Source of the DNA: Parasitella parasitica NRRL 2501
Lineage: Eukaryota > Fungi > Mucoromycota
Length of the DNA stretch: 64,000 bases
Assembly (NCBI GenBank): GCA_025201805.1
Contig: MU619287.1
Coordinates: 136,416 to 200,415 of the forward strand
Direction of reading: 5' to 3'
Shown here: positions 24,885 through 37,460 of the stretch, piece after piece
Numbering within the stretch: the first letter of the stretch is position 1
Layout: every line of letters starts with the position of its first letter
Position numbers and translations under genes: made by a program
The notes under the pieces: generated by a model
The model's input: the letters and a program-made list of their open reading frames with translations, nothing else
The model's database searches: none
Told to the model about the DNA's origin: nothing

Positions 24885-25931
24885 TTAAAAAAGGGAATAG
24901 GCTGCAATAGCAACTGCACCCAAGGTTGCTCCCAGACCAACACGGACCATGTTACCGCTCGATTTAGCATTTTGCATTTTAGCAGTGGCACGAGCATCCT
25001 TTGCAGAAGCACCGGTGGCAGAAAGAACAGGTGTGCTGGAGGCGCCAAATGCCAGGGAAAGAGAGCTGGATACGCCATAAGATTCACTAGCCATACCAGA
25101 TAAGGATGAGTGGGCAGCAGCGTTGAAGTCGTCGTCTTCGTCAGTATCCTCGTCCTCTTCAACTTCTTCATCTTCGGCCTTTTCTGATTCTTCTTCCTTT
25201 GCAGCACCAGATTCAGCTGGCGAGGGAGCGGAAACCGAAGCAGATCCAGCAGGATAGGCAACCGAAGCCTCGCCAACAACGTTATCAACCTCTACTTCGT
25301 TTTCATTAGCTTCGTTCTTTTCAGCCTTTTCAGGGTCCTCAGCTTCTTCCTCGTCCTCCTCCTTGTTGATCTTGGCAGCGGCAGGGCTGAACGAGTTCTT
25401 TTTATTCTCGATCTTGGCTTGGACGGCATCTTCTAAATCTTCAACAGTTACTTGTTCTTTTTCATCTTCGTTATCATCAGGGCCTCCATTTGTGTTCTTT
25501 TCCTTCTTTTCTTGCTTTCTGGCCTTGTGAAAAACTTTGTCGTCGTTTTCAACTTCTTCCTCTTCTTCGCCTTGACCTTCCTTTTCTTCACCCTGGCCTT
25601 CCTTTTCTTCACCCTGGCCTTCCTTTTCTTCACCTTGGCCTTCCTTTTCTTCATCCTGGCCTTCCTTTTCTTCTTGTTCTTGTTTTTCGTCTTGTCCCTC
25701 TTGTCCTTCTTGTCCTTCTTCTTCTTCGTGTTCGTCTTTTTCGTGAGTAGCGAGATGAGCTACGTCAGATGCGCTGGGATTGGCAACAGCAAGACTGGCG
25801 GATGCTTCGGAAGGCTCGGCATGAACTAGCAAGGATTTAGCTTATGGTTTCCTGTTTATGCTATATACCAAAATTTTACCTTGAACTAAAAGGGTCGCAA
25901 TAGCAATGGTGAAAAGCGCTTTGGCGTGCAT
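24885..25931 (-). CDS. Secreted, highly acidic, probably GPI-anchored surface protein
   Basis: Signal peptide MHAKALFTIAIATLLVQ|VHA split by an intron; E/K/D-rich body with EGQGEEK repeats; Ser/Ala stalk; small-residue omega region (KSSG) and hydrophobic C-terminus. Confidence 0.8.
25570..25670 (-). repeat. Coding 21-bp tandem repeat (EGQGEEK, about 5 copies)
   Basis: ccttccttttcttcaccctgg-type units repeated on the plus strand. Confidence 0.85.
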
Positions 25932-28173
25932 TTGAGTATAATACTGTACTAAAAAGCGGTAAAAAATGAGAAGAGTATCTAAAGTGGTTGGAAGAGAGAG
26001 AGAGAGAGAGAGAGAAATCTACGATGGATACTCTCTTCTTTATACAACCGTATTTTTATTTGTGTATATTGAGGCATGTCTCTTTTCAGTCTATCGTCCA
26101 ATGTTATGTATGTACATACGATTCTCCAGGTATGTTAATTCTTTAGAGTAGATTTAAAAGATCAATACATCGTCATCGCCCCCCTTTCATTCTCAACACA
26201 CATAGTCAATGTTGATTTCCAGGAGTTGACATTTTTCATTTTTTTTTTTTTTTTTTTTGTGAGTTGTAATGCCTATATGCCTACATTTTTTGATACAACA
26301 ACATTCATTTGAATACATGTGGCAATGAATGTCCTGAAAACAATTGTCTTCACCTGGTTAATTAAAAGAAATAAACAAATAGGTGGGCATGTGCCTTCTG
26401 GTTTTTTTTATTTTTATTTTTTATTTTACTTTTTCTGGTTGGAATTTACATATCGTGTTATTCATTTTCGGTAGATCTCAAGGCATTTGACTATCATAAT
26501 ATTTGCATAGCATTTTTATACTTTTTCTAGTAAGCACATGTAAATAAAGATTGTTGTAAATTTGATGAATTCGCACCAGAATAAAAGTTTAATTGTATTA
26601 AAAATGAGATGCCACTTGTATATTACTTTATTGTGTTTGTCATGTATGACGAGCGGCATTACAACAAACGAACAAAGGTCCGACTTTATGCAATCCTATT
26701 GCGTGCTGTATCTCTGTCAGTTTGTAGATAGTGGGTTTGATGACACCCACTAGGCTTTGGAAGACTTTTCCGTCCATGTACACTTGCTTGGGACTCGCAA
26801 TGGGTCTGTGTAGATTCGTTCAACAGTTCATCTAATATATCTGTGAGTTTTATCAAGGCCATTATCGTGTCAGTTTTCCCTTCGCAACTGGAAAGAGACA
26901 ACAGCCTTGTAAATACGGTTCATCGTGAATACACCATGGACAAATTGAATTGATTAAATTTGTAATGAATACACCTTGTAATAGTGAGCAAATATGATTT
27001 TTGAGCTTCGAATTGAAACTTGGAAAGCAAAAGTGTGCATAAAACAGACCACTAATCTCGCATAAACATCTTTTTAAGCCATGCAAAACAAAAATCTCAT
27101 CAGCTTTGCATGCTTCTTTGTCTGTAATAACTTTTTGATGTTGATGTACATTTGGATAGTTAGTAAAGGAGCTTTGGCAGCTTGAACAGTCAGCGGAGGG
27201 TCACATAATTGGGATACTGCGACAAGAACATTATGAACAAATTAAGCTTTCTGACAGAGTTCACAGCTCTTTATCGGCAATTAGAGACGGGGTAGAATGA
27301 CAGATGTCTTGTATATAAAAATTCTTGTCATAAATTGGTGTTGAGCGTATAGCTCTGGTCATTGCGGTTACCGTGGCAAAGTAAATCGTTATTTTCAGGT
27401 ATCTTTTGGCCTCATCATCTGGTTCAACAGTATTGGCAAAGTCAAGTTCGCAAATTAATTTCTGTTACCCCGTCTTTATTCATCAAACGATGTTCTTTGA
27501 TCAGAACGTTTGCTCGTTTAGACGGTAAGTTAGGGGCGCTATTGTGCTATTTTACAGCAAAATCACTGCTTTTTGTTGATCAAGTACCAAGACGAAATCA
27601 TTCTGAAAATAATGAACCACTTACGTTCACAGTCTACTTGTAAAGCAAAGCCTTTACTTCAAGATGTTGGTTAAATGTAGAAAACTTTACTCAGGCTTGC
27701 AAGAATGGGGTTTAGCTTTTTGCAGCTTTTCTCGAATCTTCCATCGTAAATACAAATAATTGAGACTGAGGAAAAACTTGAATTGTCATGTCTAACAACG
27801 GTGCACGTAAACCGGAACTCTAGTTCGGTAATATGTCGTTCTGAGAGATACTTTGCTGGCCAATACAGCTTTGTAATTAATTGGGGGGGGGGATAAAACG
27901 CGCACCATATCGACTATGGACAGAGGGCCAAAGGGTCAGTGCGACTAAAATTATCGCAATTTTAGCCGTTGATAAGCTTAGATTTAAAGGCTAAATAACC
28001 GTACATCCAAAATCAACCAAGACTTTTGCAAATATAACTGCCATTCTAGATCCCTGAACAAAGAAATCATGGTTTTATTTTGTTGACTAGATACAAAGTG
28101 ATGGAAAAGAAACTATCCCTTTTTCTTATTTTTTGGTTTGTTTGGTATGTCAAAAATAGTAAGAGAATCAAGC

Positions 28174-29375
28174 CTATAGCTTTTCTGAATTTTCTGGTGT
28201 GGGTGTTGAGGTTGTAGCCGCATTACTAACATTACGACTGGCGGCCCGCTTGCTGTATTTTTTGATTCCTTGCTGCAAGATGTCAATCAAACCAGCGCTG
28301 AAAGCAATGATTTGCTTAGTGTGCACAGCCGCCTGCTGACGAGCAACAGCACCATACTTTTCCTTCCAAACAAGAGACTTTTTCTGCAACAAAAGCAATT
28401 GCTCATCGACAAGATCTTGGTGTTTTTCATAGTAGTATGGTGCCGTAAATAAAGCCACTATAAGGAGGCCAAAGAAAACCTTGGTTGGAATAAGGCTAGT
28501 CAGAAAATAAATAACGCCTGATGCTAAACAAGCCAAACTGGTCGTCTTTGTGTCTTGTACAAACACAATTTTGGCGGTTTGTTGTGCAACCAGCTCTAAA
28601 ATATCCACTGATTTGTGAATATAATAGTCCATGGCATCGCGTGGTAATAAACTTGATCGCTGAGGGCGAATATGGATGCTTGAAAGCTTTCTGTTAATGT
28701 CACATTTGAAAATTGTTGTCCCACCTCAAAACTTACTGATAAGGATGGAGGAATTCTTCAGCTGCTAAACCGGTCCATACAGTTCGAATCGCATTGTAAG
28801 CATTAACAAAGATCAAATTAAATCCAGTCAAGATTGTAAAAGTCCCAGCAAATACATAGAGCAATGAGTAGTAGCTGGTTAAAACGAGACTGAGGAGGAT
28901 GCCGGCGAAAATGATGCCACTGCGGCCAGGGATTTCCCAATAGACAAGATCCATAAATTCCATGTACATCAAAAGCGCAACATCTAAGAATTGTGTCAAT
29001 TACACGATGCACAGTGCATTGAAACACGATTGTCTTACCATTCAGATCCTCTTGTGCTTCATCTTCTGCCGCTGGCTCCATTTCCTCTGCAGTTTTGGGA
29101 GATCCACACACTGCAGGTGATAGTAAGCCAGTGGATGTAGTGGGGCTAATATCATGTTTTCCAAGGACACCTAATCCACATCCCAGATCATCTTGCGATA
29201 ACTGTGGTGATGGAGCTTTTGTTGCAATGTTTGCATAGTCAGCGCCACATATCTCTCCTGGGTTGGACGCATTTTACTTACGTGCTACATTTTTGCGAGG
29301 TCCTACTGAAACAATGTTTTTGCTATTCAATTCAAAAATATGATCATGTTGCTGCTGCTGTGCGATTTGAGTCAT
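28174..29375 (-). CDS. Reticulon-domain ER-shaping protein
   Basis: Four exons. DLVYWEIPGRSGIIFAGILLSLVL..YSLL, second hairpin FVQDTKTTSLACLASGVIYFLTSLIP...LFTAPYYYEKHQDLVD. Confidence 0.85.
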
Positions 29376-30411
29376 TGGTGGTTTATAAAGATGAAGAAAT
29401 TGGAAGATAGAAAACAAAAAAACAAAAAAAAAAAAAGCTTTTGTGTTTGCATACCCATTTATATATGAAATCAACTCAATTTTTAAGGAGACTTTTTACA
29501 ACAGTTATCAATCGTTTAATGATTGTATAATTAAAATCCTTCTGCTGTTGTAACAACAGAAAGGGGCTTGTTTGTGACATTATTAGATACGGCATCTTTC
29601 CCTGTTTCATGTTGGCGAATTGTACCACTGTATGTTACGCCCAAGCCAATGATCAACATTTCTACTGTCATAAAACGATCCACTTTTGGGTGTTCTACAA
29701 TTTCTTTGAACGCTTTTTCACTATATTAGCTCAAGCTTGTTGGCGTCAAAAAAAAAAAAAAAAAAAAAAAAGATAGCCTTAACTACATATTGCGATCGCT
29801 TAAGAAGGAATCCTTGTCTAGGAGTCATCATCATCTGTAGCAGTGTACTCGTCTATACAATGTTTCATATGTATAACTAAATAGAGCTCTACCACTGCTC
29901 AAGTCGAGGTTTATAACAAAACTGTTGATTTGTAAGTAAAGCGAGATATACATTGACTCCAAGGTAAACCAGCGCAAAGGATTGATAGCCTGTATCGTTG
30001 GCGCCATTTCATCGCATCTTGTCCTGGCCATTATGCTTTCAAGTGTTATCATAGATTTGAGATGTTCATTGAGATAGCTGCTTCTCTGTAAAACTTGAAT
30101 AATCCCCAATTTCGTTAAAACATGAGTAGGCTTAAAGTAATAATGCTATACAGTATTGTTTCATCTGCTTTTATCCGTCTATGTTTGAGGAAATCCATTG
30201 AATTGATTCATTAGCAAATCTGATAACCAGAGTGTGACAAAATGATCCGCATTCGACCAATTGAAGTTAGCAAGTTGCTTACTAACTTACGCTAATTGGA
30301 CCTGAAGGTTAGAAAGCGATAGAAACTACGCAAGTAAAAAGATATAAAAGGGTTACTCTTTTTTTGTTATTTGATGTTTTGGTGTGTAAAGACAAATAAT
30401 AATAGAGAAAA

Positions 30412-30888
30412 ATGTCAAGCAATAACAGCAAGAATGAATTAGACAACTTTTCTATCCATGGCGACTCGATTAAAGAGGTTTGTGTACACACAAATATACA
30501 AACAATTGCGTAAACAAATCAGCTAAACAGGAAAACAGGTTTACGATATACCAATGTCTGCTATAAATCGACCAATTCCATCCCAATTGGATCGTGTCAA
30601 AGTTGAAAAAATGAAGCAAGTGTTGGAAATACCAGGCAGAGAAGAAGAACTGACGCCAATTGTAAATATGATATAGTGTTTGGTTGTAACAGACGCATTA
30701 ATTACATCATTCAGGATGTTCATCATGTCAAACACAAGGGTCAGGATTATTATTTTGCTTTCGGTGGCTGTCATCGCTGGGCAGCAAGTAAAGAGTTACG
30801 CAGGGAGACAATCAGAGCAAAGCTAATCGAGACTCCAGCTTCTGTCATATCCACATACATGGGGGCCTCTTCGCCATTTAAAGAGTAA
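30412..30888 (+). CDS. SRX1: Sulfiredoxin
   Basis: Three exons: FSIHG; IPMSAINRPIPSQLDRVKV; PI|DV; catalytic YFAFGGCHR motif. Confidence 0.95.
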
Positions 30889-30933
30889 TTTGTAGAATGT
30901 TTTCAGTATAAATAAACCACACTTTGATTTTTA

Positions 30934-32503
30934 TTACTTCAAGATTGCTCTATATGTCTGTAATCTGTCTTCAGGTCGAGGGCAATGCATAGGAAGGTCG
31001 GCATCGAATGAACTGGATTGTGCTTTCTCATTCTTTGCCAAGAACATTTGGTTCCACAACTCTCTTGACAAGTATCTGTAGCCTAGCACATTGGGGTGAT
31101 ATCCATCCACATTACTACATAACTGAGCATTAGATCTCTTACCGCCGTCTGATTATTACAATAACCAACCTTAAAGAATTGTATGGCACAGTAGGAATAA
31201 GTGTGTTCATGGGCTGGTACACGACTGCAACATTTTTCTTAGGCTTATTCATAATTGAAGCAAGTGCATCCGAGAAAATAGTGCCGCTGACCTCCTCAGC
31301 AACATGGCCAAGTACCTGATTATACATGGTAACACGATCACCGATAAAAGATGGACCAGCATTACGCTGTCTACAGCAATAGCACTCGTAGTCAAGCAAG
31401 TTGATTTTATCGTCGGGAAATCGCTTTCTGTAGGCCGGGTTTTCATCTGTCAAGTACACTAAATCGTTGTAATGCATGAGGCCAACTTTTTTTTTATAAC
31501 ACAGTTAGTTGATGTCCCTCAGCCTTCATTGATTGACGTTTACTTACCAAGGTTGATGAATGCATAATCGATATGCTCAGTCAAATAATCCAAGGCACCC
31601 TTTACATTTGCTTTGAACTCAGTTGCATTTCGTCCAGGCACGCATGAAATAGATGCATCGTTAAATCCAATAAACACGTTTATCATTTTCCAACTGTTTG
31701 CTAGTTCGGTGCCTTTGCCAAGATGCTCTATCAAGTAATCCACTTGTTCTGGTAACTCTCGGCTGGTTGCGCCTGACTGTGCTGCATTCAGAACGTCAAT
31801 CTCGGGCCTGCCATATATAGATTAGATGTCGCTTCTAAAAAGAAAAAGAAAAAAGCATTTCAAAAATGCTTACTTACGTATGCTCAGAGTCGAGACAAAA
31901 GAATGTTTCTGCGGATGTCAAGTTGAGAGTTATTGACAAATTAAAGAAAGGGGTAAGCATTAGCAAGGAGAATGAAGGGACAGACAAATTGAGGGGGCTC
32001 GTTTTTCTTTACCTGGACAAAGTCGTGCCGGTTTCTGACCAACGGAAGCGCCGTATAAGTCAGATCTATAGTGTTTGACATAATTGGCGATGGACGGAGC
32101 ATCCGGATCCTATTTTCCAAGAAAAAAGCGCTTAGTTTGTAAATCAATGTCATATCCAATGTTTGCATATTTGACATACGCCACCCATTGTCCAACTGAC
32201 GCCTCGGTATTCAATGAAATCAGACATTGAAACATAAGTGGAATTGATGTTCTTGGCTAGCATACCGGCGGAAACACTAATCGATGCAGAGGATAAGCAT
32301 TAACTCGCAATAGTTGTCGATGTGTGTAGGACTTACCTATCACCCAAGGCGGCAATGACTTCAATGTCGTCAATTCTTAAATCATGTACGCTGGTAGCTC
32401 TTGCTCGAGGAGGTAGTTGAGGACATTCACTAATGTCTTTACATGCCAGACAAGTGACTCCATAAGCAGCGACAACTCCAATTAATTTTGTACAGAATTT
32501 CAT
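30934..32503 (-). CDS. Secreted GDSL/SGNH lipase, phospholipase B1-like
   Basis: Multi-exon. Signal peptide; DLRIDDIEVIAALGD|SVSAG; EYRGVSWTMGG; LNAAQSGA; WKMINVFIGFND; DGYHPNVLG. Confidence 0.88.
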
Positions 32504-33046
32504 GAGAAGGTTGAAAAAGGAAGAAGAGGATAACGTTGATTTGTATTTGGCTTTTCTCCTACAGGTCTCTATGTATTTATACTTTTTTTTTTCTTCTTTT
32601 TTTGCTCCTGGATTTACCCCATGTTCCGCAATGTGATTAATATCGCAAGCCTACAGGGAATAGTGTGGAATGGCTGTAATTTTTTTTTTTTTTTTTTTTT
32701 TCAAAGAAGGGAGAAAGAAGATATCTTGAGATTCTGCAAGGTCAATCAATTATTTATTTGGTAACATGAGATACATATTTTATATTTTTGATGATTCAAC
32801 ACTGCCAACTTGACTTATACAAGCAAAATGGGTCCAGCATAAATTTCACTCCAAGTTCACATGCTATTAAAGTAGAATATGTGTTGATGGGAAAATGGAA
32901 CTTTTTACTCTCGATTGACTCAGCTTAAATTTACTTCATTCGTACGTTCTACTAGATAATCCCCACCGCTTTTCAATATTGGAAGTTTTATATAAAATGA
33001 GTATTTTGTTCGTTTATTTGGATATTCCTCTCTGCTACCATTTATC

Positions 33047-35450
33047 ATGACTGTATCTTCTTTGAAAACCTCTAAAGATCCTCAAGCTCAAGCGGCTCTC
33101 GCTCGTATTGAACAAATCAAGAGCCAGCTCAACTTGTCTCCTTCACGCATGTCTCGTCAAGCACCCAAAGACATGGCGGCTGAGCGTGCAGCTGCCGAGT
33201 TCAATATTGAAGCTCTTGCTATTTTGTGGGCAGGCGGTGAAAAAAGATACAATCTAATTAAAAGAGCAAATGAATTCATCAAGAATGATCCTGAATTAGT
33301 TGTTCAGCCCCCTCGCAATTATTTGGAGCTTTCAAGAGATGAAATGCGCGAGTTGTATGGCCTATATATATATAATATATTAGCTGTGCCGTGTGATACC
33401 TTATTAATTATCATGTATTGTGTAGTACAATGGGACAAATTTACAGAGTAATTCAGATCATGACAGACCCAGACTTTAAAGACAAAGAGCTTGCATATGA
33501 AATCGGCCATGCCACCAATGTCTACTCGGAAAGCTTCTCTATGCGTTTCTTTGTGCATGATTCTTTGTTTCGCAATGTTGTCAATATGCTGGGTAACAAA
33601 GAACAACAGGATAGATACAACGATGATATCTCTAATTTCAGAATATTTGGCTGTTTCGCCATGGTGTGTATATTTATATATATATAAAGTAGAATTAGAC
33701 ATGTTTGGCATGAACTAACACTTTTCGACTGAATGTATCCAGACCGAGTTGGGCCATAGTTCGGCTTTGCGTGATATTGAAACTGTTGCTACGTTCGATG
33801 CTACCACCGATGAATTCATTCTTGACTCACCCACAGTAACATCGACTAAATGGTGGATTGGCATGGCTGGCCAAACTGCCACACACACAGTTGTCATTGC
33901 TCAGACTATAGTGAATGGCAAGAACGTTGGTCTCAACTGGTTTGTTGTTCAACTTCGTAGCAAATACACTGGTGAGCTCGAACCTAATGTGATGGCTGGT
34001 GACATTGGCCAAAAAGTGGGCCATGCTGGTGTTGACAATGGCTGGATCCAATTCCGTCAAAAGCGTATTCCACGAACCGACATGTTGGCAAAATGGGTCA
34101 GTTTGGATCGTCAAGGAAACTACAAACCTGCTCCTAATCCAGCTGTCATGTATGCTACTTTAATTCCTGAGCGCCTTTCACTGGTTATTGTTACCACGCA
34201 AATGATTTCCCAGGCACTAACTATTGCTACTCGTTATGGCGTTGTCCGTCGTCAGGGAAACAAAGATCAGCAAATCATGGACTATCAATCCCATTATGTA
34301 AAGATTATTCCCGGCATTGCCTTCATGTACATGGTCCGATCTGCATCCGATGTCCTCAATAACCAGTTTGCCGTCTTGACAGATGGCGGTAAGATGGACC
34401 CTATTGTGTACCTTGATCATATGGGTGACATGCATGCCATGTCTGCATGTCTCAAGGGCCTTGCTGGTTGGTACGCAACAGATATTTTAGAAACCTGCCG
34501 TAGAAGTTGTGGCGGCCATGCTTATTCTGCTTACAATGCCATTGGCCATATTATCGGTGATTGGGGTGTCATGACCACTGGTGGTGGTGACAATGTTGTC
34601 CTCTTGCAGCAGTGTGCTCGCTATCTCCTATATAGACTTGAACAAAACCTTGAATACGATGAGTATCCTGACCTCAAGTTCAAGAGCTCTAGTATTTACA
34701 TCAAACATGCTAAAACGTACCTCAAAAACAAGTCCTGGCCTACAGACAATGCTGATGATTGCTTGAAGGATTTCACCTTGGTCTCTGAAGCGTTAAATAC
34801 TATCTTGGTCAAACGAGTAAGTTTATAGTCTACCTAAAATGAAAAAAAAAAAAAGCTTCTTACTTTAAAACAGTTGTTTAGCATTCAAAGTGCCCTCAAG
34901 AATGGTGCTACTCAAAATGATGTGTTGCTAGACTCTGTTCGTGTGAGTGAATTGCACTGTGCTGCTTTCCTGTTTAACGTCTGTGCTGAAAAGTATGGCC
35001 AACCTGTTGGAGCTGAAGGGATTGAACCTAGCATTTTGGCTATCATGAAGAAGTTGACAGCCTTGTGGGGTCTCCATGTTCTTCATACCTATGGTGATCA
35101 AGGTTTCAAAGAAGGTTACTTTAATCCTCATCAAATTAATAGTATCGAAAAGACGTATTTTGAGCACTGTAAATCCCTCCGTTACCAAGTTATTGGCCTT
35201 ACAGATGCTTTTGGCTTCCCTGATTTTGTACTCAAAGCTCCTATTGGTAAACATGACGGTGATATCTATCAGCGTGAGTGAATACCGTATTATGTTTGTA
35301 ACAGCCATTCGATTGACTCTTTTTTTTTTGCATTTGATAGCTTACCTTGAAACTCTTCTCGCTGCACCTAGAAGCACTGGTGTTCCTCCTTACCATGCTA
35401 AATACATTAAACCTTTAACAGAGCGAGAAAACCAAAATGTCAAAAAATAA
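33047..35450 (+). CDS. POX1: Peroxisomal acyl-CoA oxidase
   Basis: Five exons. GCFAM|TELGHSS, ETVATFD..TDEFILDSPT..STKWWIG, GDIGQKVGHAGVDNG, CRRSCGGHAYS, T.GGDNVVL, LTDAFGFPD, PIGKHDGDIY. Confidence 0.95.
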
Positions 35451-37460
35451 TATCATTTGATGTTTCTCTTCGAAATCGATGAATAAAGGCGCACAATTTA
35501 CATTGTGTTTCATATAAATCTTTTGCATGTAGTGTAGGAAAATGCCATTTGTTAACTTCAAGTTGCATATTGTTTTTCAACCAATGAAAAAATTGAAAAA
35601 ATCAAACTTAGAGTGAATGATACTGATAATTGAGTGAAAAGACCGTATGATTGTAACTTTAAAATGGTTCTTGATTATTTTGGAGCTCAGTTTTTCTAGA
35701 ATATGGTTGTCTTCTATCATCTGATCATAACAACCACCACTTACTGTCCAGAAAAATAATATTCCCTTATCATTTATGAACGCATAAGATAAATATTTAC
35801 ATATACCTTCCCGGCAGTGCGACATCTATCGAAGTAGTTTCATGGTAGGTTATCAAGTCTCAACTCATTTTTAATTCATATTTGTGCCATAACATGATCA
35901 AAATGGTTATCAGACATCCTTTGTAAGCCAAATTCATGACTTCAACTGTCCTGACAATTTTTTTTATAGACTTAATACATACTGCATATTAATTTTATCA
36001 CGATAAATGTCCTTAATAAACTTTAAAATTCAAATGTAATTCAGAGAAGGTGCATATAGTAATCTTGGATGGAATGAATAGCATTGCTTATCTAAAAAGT
36101 ATAACTCTACTGGGCAAGACCCAGAAAGAATTCTATCTTATATTTACTAGTAGTGAGATCGCTAGCTTTATATTCTAAGCATATTTGTTAAATGTTTCTT
36201 AGCGACGGGCATTTCACTGAGATACCGTATTCAGAGATTCCCCTCCCCTCCCCCACCTTTTAACTGTAAAAACATTAGTCTTCTTAGTTTTACTCTATTG
36301 AAGTTGTATACTGTGTCGGTCTAAATTTGAAATCTAGAAGCACTTTTTGACAGCGCTTTTCATATGGCTCCATACGTACGTAGAGAAAATGACAAAATCA
36401 TCAAAGGCTAGTGCTTGAATAAGCACTGCTAGTCATCATGGGGGTACGCCACGAATATTAAGATTGTTGAGGAACAAACTGCGGTGTTAATTGATAAAGC
36501 AGCAGGTAATTTCATCATGGACCATGCCCTTTGCTCTATCACCAAATGCTGATCAATACAAATAGGTGTAAACATTAACACAAAGAGGTAGAGGATTGGC
36601 AGTGTAACATTATAAATTGAGAAATGTTAGGAGTATTTACATTTGATGTTGAGAATTTAAGTAGAACAAAGGATCAGCGACCTGAATCCCAATTGTGGCA
36701 TGACCTTTGAATTGTATATCTTGGCCTTGTACTTTAATATATCCAACACAGCCAATTACTTGACATGGTACCTCCTGAAGCGATATTCTGATTCCATCAA
36801 ATCATTCTGTCCATGTTCTTTACTCCTTGATCTCCTTTTCCCCATCATGTACAGTATATCGTATTGAGCATGGGTCCTACTATATTTGTATTATATATAA
36901 AAGCCTCGTTATGGATACCCACAGACATTTTAGTTTAGAACTTTTTTCGTCGAGGGGAGGAAGAGAGGAGAAAAGGGGCGTTTCCAATGCAACGTTTTTA
37001 TGTAATTTACCAGCATGATAATTACACACATTCAAGTATTATGATGCATAAGTACATTGTCTCTAGGAAATTAATTTTCTGCATATCAGTAACAATTGCG
37101 ATTTATTGACAATCAATGTTGGATTAAGGGGAAAGGAGAACTGGGGAAAGGTCAATGTAAAGCATGATGAATGTGTTATCATATTTTTATTTATTCATTA
37201 AAAGATACTATTTTTTTTTTTTTTTTGCTTCAAAGAATGGTTATTTTTGAAATTAAGAAATGAGAGGATTAAAGAGGGCATAATATACCGTATGACTGAA
37301 TATATTTGTATGAGGGGCATAGTAATATATATTTGAGGAGTGAATGGGAATGATAAAGAGAGTATAATCAAAGAATAAGCATAATACGACATAGATAGAT
37401 ATAGTCATAGAAGTAAGTAAAACCATAATTCCTCACGTTGCAATACGACAGTGTACGAAT

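Noticed and set aside
25452-25829. Very hydrophobic Phe/Leu ORFs on the plus strand
   Set aside because: Reverse-complement artefact of the Glu/Lys-rich GPI protein.
26560-27900. Short ORFs, possible pseudogene or transposon relic
   Set aside because: No motif and no consistent exon chain.
35600-37000. Short ORFs between POX1 and the FAR1-type gene
   Set aside because: No coherent gene model or recognisable domain.
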